A stretch of 64,000 nt of DNA from Octopus bimaculoides (taxonomy: Eukaryota): positions 28,223,136 through 28,287,135 of the forward strand of contig NC_068998.1 in NCBI RefSeq assembly GCF_001194135.2, given 5' to 3'. Positions 37,510 to 51,812 of the stretch are shown here, piece after piece. Every line of letters begins with the position of its first letter. Position 1 is the stretch's first letter. The position numbers were made by a program, and so were the translations under genes. Under the pieces are notes generated by a model. The model was not told the DNA's origin. It worked only from the letters and a program-made list of their open reading frames with translations, and did not search any database.

Positions 37510-37680
37510 GCTGAGCTGACAGAATCATTGGCATGTCAGACAAAATACTGAGCAGCATTTCTTTTAGCTCTTTAAACTCTGAGTTCAAATCCTGCTATGT
37601 TCATCTTTGTCTTCCATCCCTTTGGGGGTTAATGTCTTTGACTTATCTCCTCCTCTCAAAATTTCTGGTCTTGAACTCTG
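37510..37680 (+). mobile_element. tRNA-derived SINE, old copy
   Basis: GAGCTGACAGAATCATTGG...CTGAGTTCAAATCCTGC, same family as 25656. Confidence 0.7.
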
Positions 37681-38821
37681 CAATAGGAATGTCTTGAGCT
37701 GGGCAAATAACCTTATAAATTCTAAGGTTATTCACATACAAGAATAGTTAGCAGTAGGAGTACTCTTGAAATGATGTTCATAAATTACTCATTTGGTTCT
37801 CTAGATGTAGCTAATAGTTTCTGTTACATCGGTGGTTGAATTAGTTCTGGCAGTGGTTGCAGAAACTATAGTAACTAGACAGTTAAAGCACTGGCTCTAG
37901 GGTATTAATCTGTTTGAAAGGTGGAGTACAATGTTTGGAGTATAACGGGCTGAGAATGTTTGGGTATTGAAGCTATAAACTAATATCTGCAGGAAAAAAA
38001 AAATCAGTTCTGCTATGGAATAGAATGTTGGGTACTGGAGAAAATGAAAAACTGAGAAATGTAGGAAGTGATGGTGACATCAGATCTGATACTGAGGCTC
38101 GCAGTTAAGATGAAAGACTACCATGAAAATTACTAAGCTTTATAGCAGAACCTATCAACCTATACTAGCATGGGAAAATTAAGATTAAAGCATTAATGAT
38201 GGTAGAAATTGTTCAGTAACATTGGTTAAGAAAGAAAAGTATGATTTAAAAAAAAATGGAAACATTCTTTTAATTTGAAAATCAAATTATTGAAAAACTG
38301 AATGTATTTGGAACAAAGTTGGATATGAGTTGTTTTAAAACAGAAATTACAACTTCAGTTCAAATGTTAAATACTATTCAAATATCAAAAGCAAGGCCCC
38401 ACTAAAATTAGAAATTAAATGAACAGTTTTGCATCTGACTTTTTTCTCAGTTTTATTTATGAGATCATTTCAATTTTATTAATTTAAATCTCTCTCACAA
38501 AAAAAAACAAAAACAAAAACAAAAAGAAAACTAGCATGAGCTCTTTGATATAAATTGCTACTACATTAATTCCTTATCATTGTCTCTTGATCAATCATTT
38601 CCAAGAAATCAACACAGTGGTGTCAAACTCTGCTAACTTCCTGTCACAATTCTATATGCATCTATTAATGTGATTTGTACATCACATCCATTATATATAA
38701 CCTTTCAGATAACCTATGTGGAAGTAATTATGTAATAAATTCTATCTATTTGGGATTCTCTTTTTTCACAATGTGCTTCTGTTTTCACTCTGTTTCTAAT
38801 TCAAAGATCTTTGTATTTCAG

Positions 38822-38917
38822 GAGGCTTCTAGTCCACAAAACCGAGGGGGTAGTTACCAATTAACACGAAAGGATCAAACACCGAAGAAATCATTCTGGA
38901 GGTGTAAACTGCTTTGA
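38822..38917 (+). CDS. Rab8: Rab8 exon 7 (terminal coding exon, 96 nt incl. stop)
   Basis: TTTCAG|GAG GCT, EASSPQNRGGSYQLTRKDQTPKKSFWRCKLL*; CaaX box typical of Rab8; spliced CDS 627 nt = 208 aa. Confidence 0.95.
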   Translation, partial: EASSPQNRGGSYQLTRKDQTPKKSFWRCKLL

Positions 38918-40024
38918 TTTCCTCTTCCCCCATTCTTTTTTACCCAATTCCCTTTCGCCACAGCCGCCTTTTTTTTTTAATCATACAGAAAACAACCAGC
39001 CGCAGCAACTTTGATTCCATCTTCAATTCCACCATCACTAATAAATACCAATATTATGGCAATCAGGCACCATGCCAGTGTAATAGCAACATTTTCTTTA
39101 TTAAATTTTTGTTACTATTATCATAAGAAACCTTTAATAATTGCTGTGTGTATATATATATATATATGTACTATAATGGAAGTTATAGATATATTTTTTC
39201 TGTGGTTAAAAAAAATTACTATGTACTCAAAATATTTCTCCGTGTGGTCTTCATTTCTCAACATTAACACAATGTTTCTAATTCATAAAGTTACATTCTA
39301 ATTAGGTTTGTTTTGTTGGAAGAGCTGGTTTCATGATGTGGCAATTAAGCAAGATTAACAGATTCTCTAGCTATTACTTGTGGCAGTTAGCAGAAATTCC
39401 TTATATCATGCATTGGTTTCAGATTAATATAGAGGGATTCAAGAATCACTATTCTTAACTTAATTCTCTTGTATGTTCCCAAAACACAGTTTTTGAATGA
39501 ATACACATAATTTGAATAAATATTCAGGCAGAAAAACCATTTAAAAGCAATGATATTTTGATTCAGCATTTCTTCTGCTCAAGTAAATTTAATCCTGTTG
39601 CCAAAATTAAATGTTATTCTAAATGATTGTGACATGTAAATAAACATATTTTTTGAATAAAATGTCATAAATGAAATTTATAAACCCTGGAATACTTTGA
39701 GTCTCAAAAGGATTTAATGTTGAAATAAAATTCAAAATAAATTATGTCTTCAGTGATAACCATGACTTGGACAGTATTGCTAATCTGCTAGAAGCAACAG
39801 CATTGGTGTTTTTTTTATTAGTGGTTTAAAATGTTTATTTTATAACATTTCTTTCTTCAGCCATGGAAATGAAATTCTTGAAAATTGCCTGTGATGAGGA
39901 ATTTCAACTTTCCTTATTTTTGTACTTATATTCATTGTTGCTCATTCCTTGGATAACTTCTATATCAAATTTTTCTTTTTTACTTATAACGACCACATTT
40001 AATATTCCAAAAACGAAATAGATG

Positions 40025-40068
<44 letters not shown>

Positions 40069-42200
40069 GCTTCAACATTGTGTTATAGACCCTGAATTTT
40101 AGCCCATTTCTAATGGCTGCTAGTTTCTGCTCTAGTTAATTGACAAGTCATAATTTTGTCCCTGATTTCATTAGGTTTTGGCAGGGCATTAAATTTGTTG
40201 GATTTTGAAATTTCCTTTTTCAAAGTTAAAATAAAATAAAACACAGCATTTATATATTCTTTAGCTATGCAATTTTGCATGTTTTGTTGGCTATCAAGTT
40301 GGCTATTAGCTACTGCTGATTCTCTGGTATTTAGTTGCTGTGTACATTTTTATAATTCACTCTTGCAACAAACCAGCAATCAATTCCATCCACTATTTCA
40401 TTTCATTGACATTTTGGTAAAAATGTAAATGTGTGGATTTTCTCTTGTATAAATAAGTGAGCGAATATTTTTAATGATAGCATGGACATGGTAAATGAGA
40501 GGGACTAAATTACTTCTTTATTTAGTCAAAGCAGATAGTCAACTTAAAGCTTAAGTTGCAGAATATTATGTAGATCATAGTATATTTGTTAAAATTATCA
40601 CTCTGGTTAATTTAGAAATTTATATCTTCTGTTACTGTCTCATATGGTAATGTATTCTTGCCAAAGGCTTGCATTGAATGTGAATGATTAGATTCTCCCT
40701 ATTACTGCAATCATTTAAAGTTCATTAATTGCAATGCTAAATCAAAGTAATAACTTTTCTTGTACAAATATTTCTTGGTTCATTTTAGAAGCTTGAAGCT
40801 AATCATTTTTAGAAATTGCATCTATTTTCTAGGTCTTCCTTCATTAGTTTGAAATATTTGAAAACAAACTTTTTCCAATCCTATGTTGTCAAGATTTTTT
40901 TTTAATGCCATTGACACATTTTTATTTTGTCTTTGGAATTTTTTAAACTTTTTTTCAGTTCCTTTATAAAATGTAAACTGGCAAATATTTAAACAATTTG
41001 ATATTCATTATCAATAGTACTGTTAATATTTATTTATCTATTACATTTCTATTATGTTTGTATACAACATTTCTGTTACACACTCCAGTGTCCAAAGTTT
41101 TAACTTTTGTAGTACTCTAAGCATTAATTACAGTTAGGTTTTACAATAAAAGAATTGAAACCTGTTTTGTGTATATAAATACACTTTTTAGCAAGGCTTC
41201 TCCAATTTCAAAATGTTGTTACATCACTTAGTGGTAGTTTCTGCTTCAGTTACACATGCTGTAATATTCAGTGTAATATAAAAACTTATTTGATCATTAA
41301 CTACAAAATTATCCTCAAATGTTATTTACAGTAAAGGCATTTTCTGCTTAAAAAACTTTTGTATTTTTTTAAATATGCATATATACTGCATTGTATAACC
41401 AGTTGCATTGGCAAGAGACCTTATGTATAATATAATATATGTATATTTACACATAACAATAAAAAAAAGTTCATTAATTCAATGATTGTTAAAATTTTAT
41501 GGATAAAAACAGTAAAAATTAAGACTTTGTGAACAGCATTCATTGTAATCATACACAGGGAAAAAAGTAGAAAAAACTGAATCAAATGGTGGGAAAAATA
41601 GTGCCTTGTATAAAGTGAGGATCAAAAACGTACCTTCTATACTAAGTGCACTATTGTATCCTGAAATTATATCCAAAATTTTAATACTTTAATTTTGCTG
41701 AGGTTGACTTAGCCTTTTCTTCTTGGAAAAGGCAATTGTAGTTAAAAAAAATAAATTTCATAGGTGTTTATTGGCGAAAAAATTCTAAGGATGGTTACTA
41801 ATCTACCTTATGGTTGTTATTCTTTGAGAAATTGGTCTACTCAGTTGAAATGGAAATATATTCCAGACAGAGCAAGGCAATACATTTTTCTTGTTTATTT
41901 ATAAATAAACATTTCTTTTTATTTATTTGACTAAATTATTGTATTAATTTTGCTCTACCTAGCTACTTCACTGCTTCTTAATTTTTTTTTTTCAATTGCT
42001 TTTATATTTAGTTGTTACATATTCACTCTATATCATGTTCTAATAAAAATATAATTTAGATGCTTGCCACTTTTAACTGAAACAACTTTTGTCAGCCTCT
42101 TGATCTATTGAAACATTTCTTTTTAACTAAGACTTTGAGATTTATAGATATTAATATTTATAATAAATGAATATAAATAAAACTACGTTTTTTAAAATTC
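38918..42200 (+). other. Probable long Rab8 3' UTR
   Basis: U-rich, no recognisable TE, several AATAAA (about 39656, 39724, 41146, 41458, 42042); the true end cannot be determined. Confidence 0.5.
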
Positions 42201-42307
42201 ATTTATTTAATGTAAAGATGCTGGTATTTTTTAATAATTAGAACTCCAGAATTCTGTATTAAGCATCATTGAATTAAGCACCCAATTCTAATTAGCTATC
42301 GCTTAAT

Positions 42308-42353
<46 letters not shown>

Positions 42354-42539
42354 TGTAATAGTTTCCTTTATATATTATTAACACAGCTGATATTCAACAG
42401 TTTCTCAGCATTCAATATAATGTTCTCCATTCTAATTTTGTTTGAGACATTTTAAGATTTTCTTCCTTCATAGTGATCATATGTTAAATTTATTTTGTTT
42501 CAATCAGTATGGTAATGTTTAAAAAAAGTTTTATAATCT

Positions 42540-42647
42540 AATCACACACACACACACATATATATTTTTATATATATGGCTATATGTTTATATATATATA
42601 TATATATATATATGTTTATATATATGTATGTTTATATATATGTATGT

Positions 42648-42681
<34 letters not shown>

Positions 42682-42754
42682 ATATGTATGTTTATATATA
42701 TGTATGTTTATATATATGTATGTTTATATATATGTGTTTGTATATATGTATGTT

Positions 42755-42785
<31 letters not shown>

Positions 42786-43420
42786 TTGTATATATGTATG
42801 TTTATATATATATATATATATATATGTATGTTTATATATATATATATATATATGTATGTTTGTATATATGTATGTTTATATATATATGTATGTTTGTATA
42901 TATGTATGTTTATATATATATATATATGTTTGTATATATGTATGTTTATATATATATATTTATGTTTGTATATATGTATGTTTATATATATATGTTTGTA
43001 TATATGTATGTTTGTATATATGTATGTTTATATATATATGTTTTTATATATATATGTTTTTATACATATATGTTTATATATATATATATATGTTTTTATA
43101 CATATATGTTTATATATATATATATGTTTTTATACATATGTTTATATATATATATATATGTTTTTATACATATATGTTTATATATATATATATATATATA
43201 TGTTTTTATACATATATGTTTATATATATATATATATATATATATGTTTTTATACATGTATGTTTATATATATATACATGTTTATATTTGTTTGTATATA
43301 TAAATGTTTATATATATGCATGTTTGTATATATAAATGTTTATATATATGCATGTTTGTATGTATATATGTTTATATATATGTGTATATGAACATATATA
43401 TGTGTGTGTTTATGTATGTA
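42540..43420. repeat. Compound (TA)n / TATGTTTA microsatellite, ~0.9 kb
   Basis: Recurrent (TA)nTGTATGTT(T/TG)A units. Confidence 0.97.
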
Positions 43421-45391
43421 TATGTAATGTTAGAAATAAGAAAATCTTTTTTTTTTTCCATTTAGCAATCTGTTAAGCTTTTGATATGGAAGTGCAAAAT
43501 CTTTGTTTCATTGCTTCATACATTTGTTTTCATTGTAAAATTTATCTTTTCAACAGATTCATTGTAATTTTTCAGTGAGTTTTAACTAAGTATTTAATTT
43601 TAGTTAAGCTTCTCTCTTATTAAATTTTTTTTTTTTTATCATTGTCATACTAACAGTTAATTAGCTTATTTTGGTTTTCAGGGACTATTTAGTATGTACT
43701 GAAGAGACATTTTGAACTTTTAGTACTTGAATATAACAAAAAAATAATAATAATAAAAAAAGGCTGTTTTTATTTGCCAGCCTAATTTGGTCAACATTTA
43801 ACATCAGTTGTATAGGATTGAGATGAAGTTATTTTTGATAAAGTGGAAAAATGAGAATTACTGTGGGTTTAAATGCTCTTATTGTATAAAAGTTGAGAAA
43901 TTATTAAATGTACATTTCTAAACATGATTCGTTTTTTTAATTAAACAATATAGAATTTTAAATATTTTTAATTTCTTTCAAATGTGGTTGATTGCTCAGA
44001 TCAAATATGATTGATTGTTCAACAAACAGGGGTATTGGCATTTATAGTTCAGTCTTGCTGGCATTCCTAAATTTGTCAACTTGAGTTTGGACGAGAGGAA
44101 ACAAAGTGTAATTATTAAAAAACTACTTAATATTTGGTTGTTTGTGAGAAAATTGCAAGTTTGTTGCCAATTAAAGATTTGGAAATATTATTAATTTCCT
44201 CATAGTTTTAAAATTAGGCGAGTTATTAGCTAAACTTTTTAGCTGGTTAGTAATTTTTATTTGAAACAATGTCAGTTTAAATGTTTAGTGCTTAATTTGA
44301 TATTAAAGCAACTTGTCTTCAAGCAAAGGTATAAGTTTATTTTGATAAAGTTATCCAGTTACAAACTGTATGTAAGGCTAATGATGATACACCTTCCGAA
44401 AGTTTATATGAAGTTTGATTTTTGAACATAAGAGGATTTGAAGTCAGTAGATTATGCTAATACAGTATTCACTGCTTACTTAAGCACTTGCAACATGTTA
44501 CAAATCATTGATCTTTCAGCCAGATTGATGTTAATTATTGTTTTTCTATATGTATCTATTTTATACTGACTTAGACTATTTAACCATTTCAGTTCTGAGT
44601 TTTGTTTATGCTAGAGATATTTGAATCTGCTTTAAATTTAGTACTCCTTGTCAACAAGTTTTTAATTTTAATTACTGCAGTTTTAATGCAATTTGCATCA
44701 GAATTTTCCAAAGTTTTCAGAACAGTTTTGTTGTGGTATATAAACTGTAATGGTTTCGTAAAATCACTTCTACTGTTCATTTCCATATCAGCTGACTTAG
44801 ATATAACCAAGACTGTGACAATTGGGCTTAATGTGAAGGTTCATGGTAACAATGGAACAGTTTGTGGATACAGAAAATATTGACCTGCTCAGTCACTGGA
44901 CACTCGAAAATTGTATGCTGCTTTAGCTAACAACACAAGACAAATGGACACTATGAAATCAGTATACTATCTAGTTACTTATGTAATTAGCTCTGCTAAT
45001 TGAGCTAGTCCTGCCTCTGTCTCCTTCTGTTTGTGAAGTGTGACATTTCTTCTATTGGCAGTACAAGTAAAAATTTTAGACAAGTCTTTCAGTTGCTGGT
45101 AAGAAATGAATTTATTGTCAAACTATTTAAGCAACATAAGGATGGTTTAGTGTGAAGTAAATGTTAGAACTTGGGTATGAAATGATTTAAAATAAAGACA
45201 TTTTATAACCATTAGGTAAGTATGATCAACTGTATTAGCCCTTTTAATATCAACCTGCCTGAGAAACTTTTACATCCTTGGTACCAAATGCCTATTTTAT
45301 TGTTTTTACATAAGAATTTTCATAATATCAAGGTTCTTTAACATAATTGTCACCAAACACTAGCTTAATATATTAATTGAAAAGTGAGATA

Positions 45392-45598
45392 CAGTAATCC
45401 CTTGACTATCGCGGATGTTACGTCCCCCCCCCCCCTGTGATAGGTGAAAATCCGTGAGGTAGAAGCTACTGCACTATATTTAAAAAAATTATTTTTATAA
45501 TTTATATATATTTATTTTATTACAAATGCAAAACAACACCACAGAGGAAATGACATAAGCTTAAATAATAAACCATGATAGGTGATCTGGGATTACTG
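45392..45598. mobile_element. Short Tc1/pogo-type MITE
   Basis: TA|CAGTAATCCC ... GGGATTACTG|CA (mutated TA). Confidence 0.75.
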
Positions 45599-46769
45599 CA
45601 TTCTACTTAATCTTTCATTCTTGATTATTTTGCAAATTAATTGGATGTTCATTAGAAATATAGTTATGAAAGAGTTAAACTGATTTTAATAATGACATGC
45701 AACCATTATGAGTAATTTGTAGTTAGGCAAATCAGGTCTTATTTAAATAACATCTGCCTAATGTTATAAGTAACAGGTCTTCTGTTACAAGCAACTTCAC
45801 ATTTCTGACATTTGTGTTGAAATTTTAGGCTTTGGAAGCCTCTTACAACTATCAGTTTTTGTAGAATTCATATACATCCATGGATTGTTATAGGATATGA
45901 GGAACTTTGTATAAATTAGAATGAATAGTAACTTTTTCAATTTGGTGTAAAGCTATCAGGCGAGAGTGTCACTGTATTTCATTGTTTTATTGACCAGCTA
46001 CATACAGTGTGGCATGTTTCTCATATGAAGACCACAATTCTTTAACTGGAAGAATTGTCTAAGAATATTATTAATGAATCTATATACAAGTAAAATTCAG
46101 ATGGTCAAGAAGCAGTTTGTGTGGGTCTTCTGATCAGTGGAACCAGTGTTTTATTATGGGAAATCGAATAATAATTTGACAAGTTAGTATGACTTGATGA
46201 TACACAGCTGAAAATATAGATTGATTATTCAGCTAATAACACTTATCTATTTTTTAGTTTTGTTAGGAGTTTAACCTAATGCAGGTCCAAGTAACTCAGT
46301 ACCTTCATTCTACCAGCAAAGGGTCAGTTGGCATTAGTTTACAAAAGTAGTGTTTGAAGATATCTATAACAAATTTTTCCATTGCATATTTTTTTTTATC
46401 TAAAGAAAGAATACTTTGTTGATATGGTTAATAATGTTGGTATCACAATTTTATCAAGTAGGGTGGGGTGGGGAACTTGTTGAAGATGCATAAGGTAAGA
46501 TATAGTGGGTATTCAAATGTAAAAATCATATACAGTAAGGAGAAGGAAAATGTGATACTGGAAGTTGTGCATGTTATCAGAGAAATAATTGCTTTCGAAG
46601 GGTGTTACTGCTCAATTGAATATTTGCCTCTACTGCTTAAATAAATTTTCAGCATCCTATTCTTACTGTGAAATTATACCTATGAAAGTATAATCTAGTT
46701 CTATTTTGACTAAGTTGTTTGAAGCCAATGCAGACTATTGCTGGACTCGTTTTAACTCTATTCATTATC

Positions 46770-47240
46770 TTTCAATAATGTTCATTTTTTTTTTGTTTTT
46801 CTATAGTGTTAGGGAGTCTGATGTAGGAAAAAACAGGATTAGAGAGAGAGGTTGATCTAGAGATTTGAGAATGATTAGGCATAGTAGTTAGAGCAGTAGC
46901 TGGGGGAATGATAGAGTAGTGATATATAGATAGGCCATTGTAGAAAAAGTAGAACATGGGTTAAAGGTTGTTGGAGTTAGCTTTCTGGGTTGTTGAATCC
47001 TTGTCAATCAGTTGGATGGCTTTAATGGAAGTGGAGGAATATGTTTTCGTGTATAACAGTAAAAGTGTTTGAGATATGAGAGCAGTATTCCACTGTAGGA
47101 TTCACTTGTGTTTTGAAGTGAGGCATTGGTTGTTTGAATCTGAGGAAGAATGCTTGGCATGAGGTCACTTTGGAGGAAAGAGAATTGTTGATTATACCTA
47201 TTCCTACACCCCAACTTTTGACTCCCACCTACTTTATCGA
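46770..47240 (-). mobile_element. CR1/Jockey-like LINE 3' fragment
   Basis: KTQVNPTVEYCSHI, FYFFYNG. Confidence 0.7.
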
Positions 47241-47452
47241 CTTTGGAATGATAACTGGAAAAAAATTGCTTAAAACAATAGTAAAATAAAAACATTACAA
47301 ATTTGACAAATGGCAAAAATTAAGTTAGAAAAGCAATTACTTTTGACATCTTTATCAAGGACAATTAAACTCGTGACAACAGTGCCAACAGCAACAACAC
47401 AACAATAGGAAGTTCAACAAATAGAAGAAAATAACTTTATTGGATGGAGTGG

Positions 47453-47492
<40 letters not shown>

Positions 47493-47704
47493 TTCAGTAA
47501 TGGTAATATTGTCCACATTATTCATTTGTTGTGCAACGAGGTTTGAAGTGGAGTTGGACATTTTGTAGCTGCATAATGTTTGAGGCATTTTATTGTTCTT
47601 GATAAGATGGCATCACGTAATTGACACAAGGATTAAATTGCAACATATCACCATGGTAATACTTTAGATTCAAATAAAAGAATTAGAACAAATCCTGTGC
47701 TTCG

Positions 47705-48163
47705 ATGCTTATTGGCAAGCATCTTAAGCAGCTTGAAAACCAGACATACAGAAGTGAAAGAAAATTGAAAGCAAGATTGGAAATTAAAAGCAAAGGCATA
47801 AGGAAGTTGTATGAAATTCTAGGTTTGTGAATTTTCATTTGTTACTGCTAGAATTACACAGTAGTTGGTATCACAAGTGAAAAAGAATCTTTATTTTGCT
47901 GGTTTATAACAGTAGCAGGCATTTCAGCCTCCTGGTTTTGCTAATATGACTGATTTTGCTATATTAACTGACATTTAATTGGTGTTGTTTTACTGCGGCT
48001 GCAATTAGCAATTTTAATTCTGGGATTTAAAGGCTGAAATCAATGTACCATACATTTCAAGAAATGATTGAACATATAGAATCCACATTACGTTTGAAAT
48101 TTAGATGGAAAATATCTGTTAAAATGCATCAAACATTTGTATATATATTTTTGTTTTGGTAAA

Positions 48164-48225
<62 letters not shown>

Positions 48226-50093
48226 ACATCTCTCTCTCTCACATTCCTATATACAATTGGATATGCACATGTATGTGCCTAAATGGAAATTATCTTGTGA
48301 AAATAGCACCAACCCGGATGCAAATGATTGACTTAGCCAAGTTGTTCCTACTGCATAAACATTATTAATTCATTACTGTACAGAGTGTAAAAGTAATTAT
48401 GAAATATTTTAATATATTTTGGTTTTCTATATCCTCGAAAAGAAAGAAAATTTGAATAATTTTATGTGTTGTGAGATTTTAATACTTTTTCCCTTTAAAC
48501 ATTATTTTCTTTTCACAAAAACACCATCTCCCCCCTTTTCAAAAATGCTATTTCAGCAGAGAGAATGTTGACTTTGTAGATCAATCATTCGAAACTCATC
48601 AATTAATTGCTGAAGTATTTACTATTTCAAGACAAATAAATCTCTCGTGTCATCTCTTATTGCAATTTTGTGGAAAAGTATTGAAAAATTAATTGATTGC
48701 TTAGAAATCATTAAGTTGGCTATGAAAATCATCTCATTAAGAAAGACTATACACTCTAAATGGAGAGTGGAAAGTAAAATGTTCTGATTCTGTCCAAACT
48801 AAAACCAAATATTTTACAACCAACCACCAAAACAAATAATTAAGAGTTATAAATTAGTATTTCATTCAGCTATTATTTCCTGGTAGTAAGAAGTTTAGTG
48901 CCTTAAATGAAAACATTTAGCCCTGAATCAGGGAGTTTCAAAATACCATCAATAATGTTTTTAACTATAGATGTTAACCAAGACATAACATTAACTGGAA
49001 AGTAAGAGAAGTAGAAATCAGTTAAAAAAAAACAGCAACAAAAAACAGAAATAAACTTTTCATATCAAAAACAGCAGAAAGCAATGGAGTCATTTCTCAA
49101 AGGAGAAATACATTCATGAAGAGTTTAATGGTAAACTATAGAATTCTACTTGTAATAAGGTTCAATGTAATCAAATATGTAAAGTGATGTAAGCAAAAAT
49201 AAGTGCCAAAAAAATAAGGTAATATCTTAAAATTATGTGAATCTAATTTAAAACAAATAGTGAAAGAGATTCTTGATATGGGAAAATAGTTTGAGACATG
49301 CCTAAGGAGTTCAATGTGTTTATAATACAGTTAGTAAACAAAGTTTGTAGGAAATTGACATAAATGAAAAGAAATCTGATGATGATGAGAAAGAAACACA
49401 AGTAGATATCAAAAGTTATGATGCTTTTTGTGAAAATTCCAGTTACTGCAATCATTGATCTGCATCTTCAGAAACCTCTCTTCTAAATGAAGATATAGAA
49501 TAATCAGACCTGAGGTTGGCCTTCTCAACATGTTTTCAGCTGATTTCCCATCAGTTACAACATCAACAAATAAGTATTAGATTCAAATTTGATTTATATT
49601 GAATTCGTAGATATAATTAAGTACACACAGATATGCGGAAAACAAATAAAAGAGAGGTTATGTATCAGGATAAGGGGAAAGGAGCTGCTCAGTATCGACC
49701 ACAATGTACAAATAAGTCAAAAAGACTTATTGTTAGTGGGCACGTAAATAATGAATCTGTAATCCGTAAAGATAATGTAAAAGAGAAACATTTGACATCT
49801 CAGATGGATAGAATACATTTAGGAGATGGTTGTTTCAAAACTAAAGTAAGTCAACAAAACAATGTTAAAGAAAGCCACACTTCTGAGAATCAATTGAAAT
49901 CAGAAACTGGTTATGATGTGGACAAGGACAACCCTGAAGGATGTAAAGGAAGAGAAAACACCTACCTTTTCCCTCTTGAATATGGCAATAACTCAAGGAG
50001 AAGATCTGACTGTAGTGAACTAAAGAGAAAAAGAAAAATTCTTTTATCCCCAAGACAAGTTTTATATTTGAGAAAGAATTTTCAAGACAAAAG
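47705..50093 (+). pseudogene. Possible decayed or lineage-specific coding sequence (154-codon open segment 49633-50097)
   Basis: Purine-rich K/E/D/N/S-biased frame from 49351 to a donor AG|GTAAAC at 50093 with in-frame stops upstream of 49633; candidate upstream exon 47705-47822 is phase compatible; no recognisable domain. Confidence 0.3.
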
Positions 50094-50309
50094 GTAAACT
50101 AATTGTTTTTAATTTTTAAATACATTTAATTATTCATTTTTGACACTTACTAATTTCTTTCAGTTGATCATTTTACTTGGCTCATTTTTTCTGTTAACTA
50201 CGAAGTATGTTGATTTTCTTTATTATTTTTGCAACATTTGTTGTAATTTGTTATAATATTTGTTGAGTGCTTTCTTATCAATTAAGTTTCCTTAACGTAA
50301 CACCACCAT

Positions 50310-51290
50310 CATCATCATTGTTTAATGTCCGTTTTTCATGCTGATATGGGTTGGACAGTTTGACAGGAGCTGGCCAGGTAGAAAACTGCACCAAACTTCT
50401 GTCTGTTTTGGCATGGTTTTTTATGGCTGGATGCCCTTCCTCACACCAACCACCCTGCAGAATGGAACTGAGTGCTCTTTACATGGCACCATCACGGGTG
50501 AGGTCAGTTTTGGCAGCGTATTTACAGCTGGATGCCCTTCCAAATGCCAACCACTTTACAGTGTGGACTGGATGCTTTTTATGTGACACCAGCACATGTA
50601 TCTCTATTAGTAACTACCTACTTAGAAACTTTCAACATATCTTGTTGCTATGATAGAAACATGCTGTCATAGCCAAATCGTTCCAACAAAATCCCCATCA
50701 TTCATTGACTGTATACCCTGTTGTACATTTTGGAGATTCATCATAGGGTTTTATTTTTGAAGAAATATGGCTGTGGTTAACAAGCTTGCCTTGAAACCAT
50801 GTGGACCTTGAGCAAGTGTCTTCTACTACAGCCTTGAGTCATCCAAAACCTTGTGAGTGGATTTGGTAGATGGAAACTGAAAAAAGCCTGTTGTATAATA
50901 TATATGTATATCATCATCATCATTGTTTAACGTCTGCCTTCCATGCTGGCATGGGTGGGACGGTTTGACAGGAGCTGGCCAGGCAGAAGCCTGCACCAGA
51001 CTTCTGTGACTGTTTTGGCAGGATTTTTACAGCTGGATGCCCTTCCTAACACCAACCACCCAGCAGAGTGGTATATGTATATATTTATGTGTGTGTGTGC
51101 CTGTTTGTCCCCCCACCACTGCATGACAACCAGTGTTTGTTTGTTTATATTCTCATAACTTAGTAGTTCTGCAAAAAGTGACTGATAGAATATGTACCAG
51201 GCTTAAAAAATTAAGTACTGACGTTTATTCATTCAATTAAAATTCTTCAAGGTGGTGCCCCAGCATGGTTACAGTTTAATGACTGAAACA
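50310..51290. mobile_element. RTE-tail elements (50310-50600 and 50911-51070, antisense) and a CORE-type SINE (50766-51290) split by the second
   Basis: CATCATCATTGTTTAA.GTC tails; SINE head GGCTGTGGTTAACAAG..GAGCAAGTGTCTT resumes after the insert at GTGTGTGCCTGTTTGTCCCCCCACC. Confidence 0.8.
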
Positions 51291-51812
51291 AAATAATGGT
51301 AAAAGATAAAAGATTATGGCCTGAGAGAGATTTGTCTGCTATTTCTAACAGGTCTTACTATTGCATAGAGGCTTCCTTATTGACTGTGTGTGTGTGTGTG
51401 TGTGTGCGTGTGAGATCAACAGCTAAACAAGTTGAAATTTTCAGAATTCTCTTTAAGGTTTCCAAATCTGCAGGTTTTCTATAGTAAAAACAGAAACATA
51501 TATCATTGTTTTGAATCTATACTACACACATTTTGGCATTTTCATTCTGATGTGGCAATGTTGTTCTTGCTGTTATAAGTTACAATAAGTTATGCATAAA
51601 GTTATTCTAAACATTCCCACAGTATTGGTTCTTTGTTGACAAGTTGATTGTCTCGATCTGGATAACAACTAATATTTTCTTCCAGTTAATACAGAACATC
51701 TTATGAAAGATTTTATTTTTTTCTATAGTTAAAAGTATCTGGAAATAAAAGTTTTGATAACAAAACATCTACAAAGAAATGTTTTAAAGTTTATTTTCAG
51801 TTTGGATATATA

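Noticed and set aside
42576-43391. Long 235-271 aa ORFs (YIYMFIY...)
   Set aside because: Translations of a TA-rich microsatellite; same for the ORFs at 6218-7237, 48137-48368 and 58782-59582
47457-47491. ~35-nt poly(T) as tail of a processed pseudogene
   Set aside because: No recognisable retrocopy body or TSD adjacent
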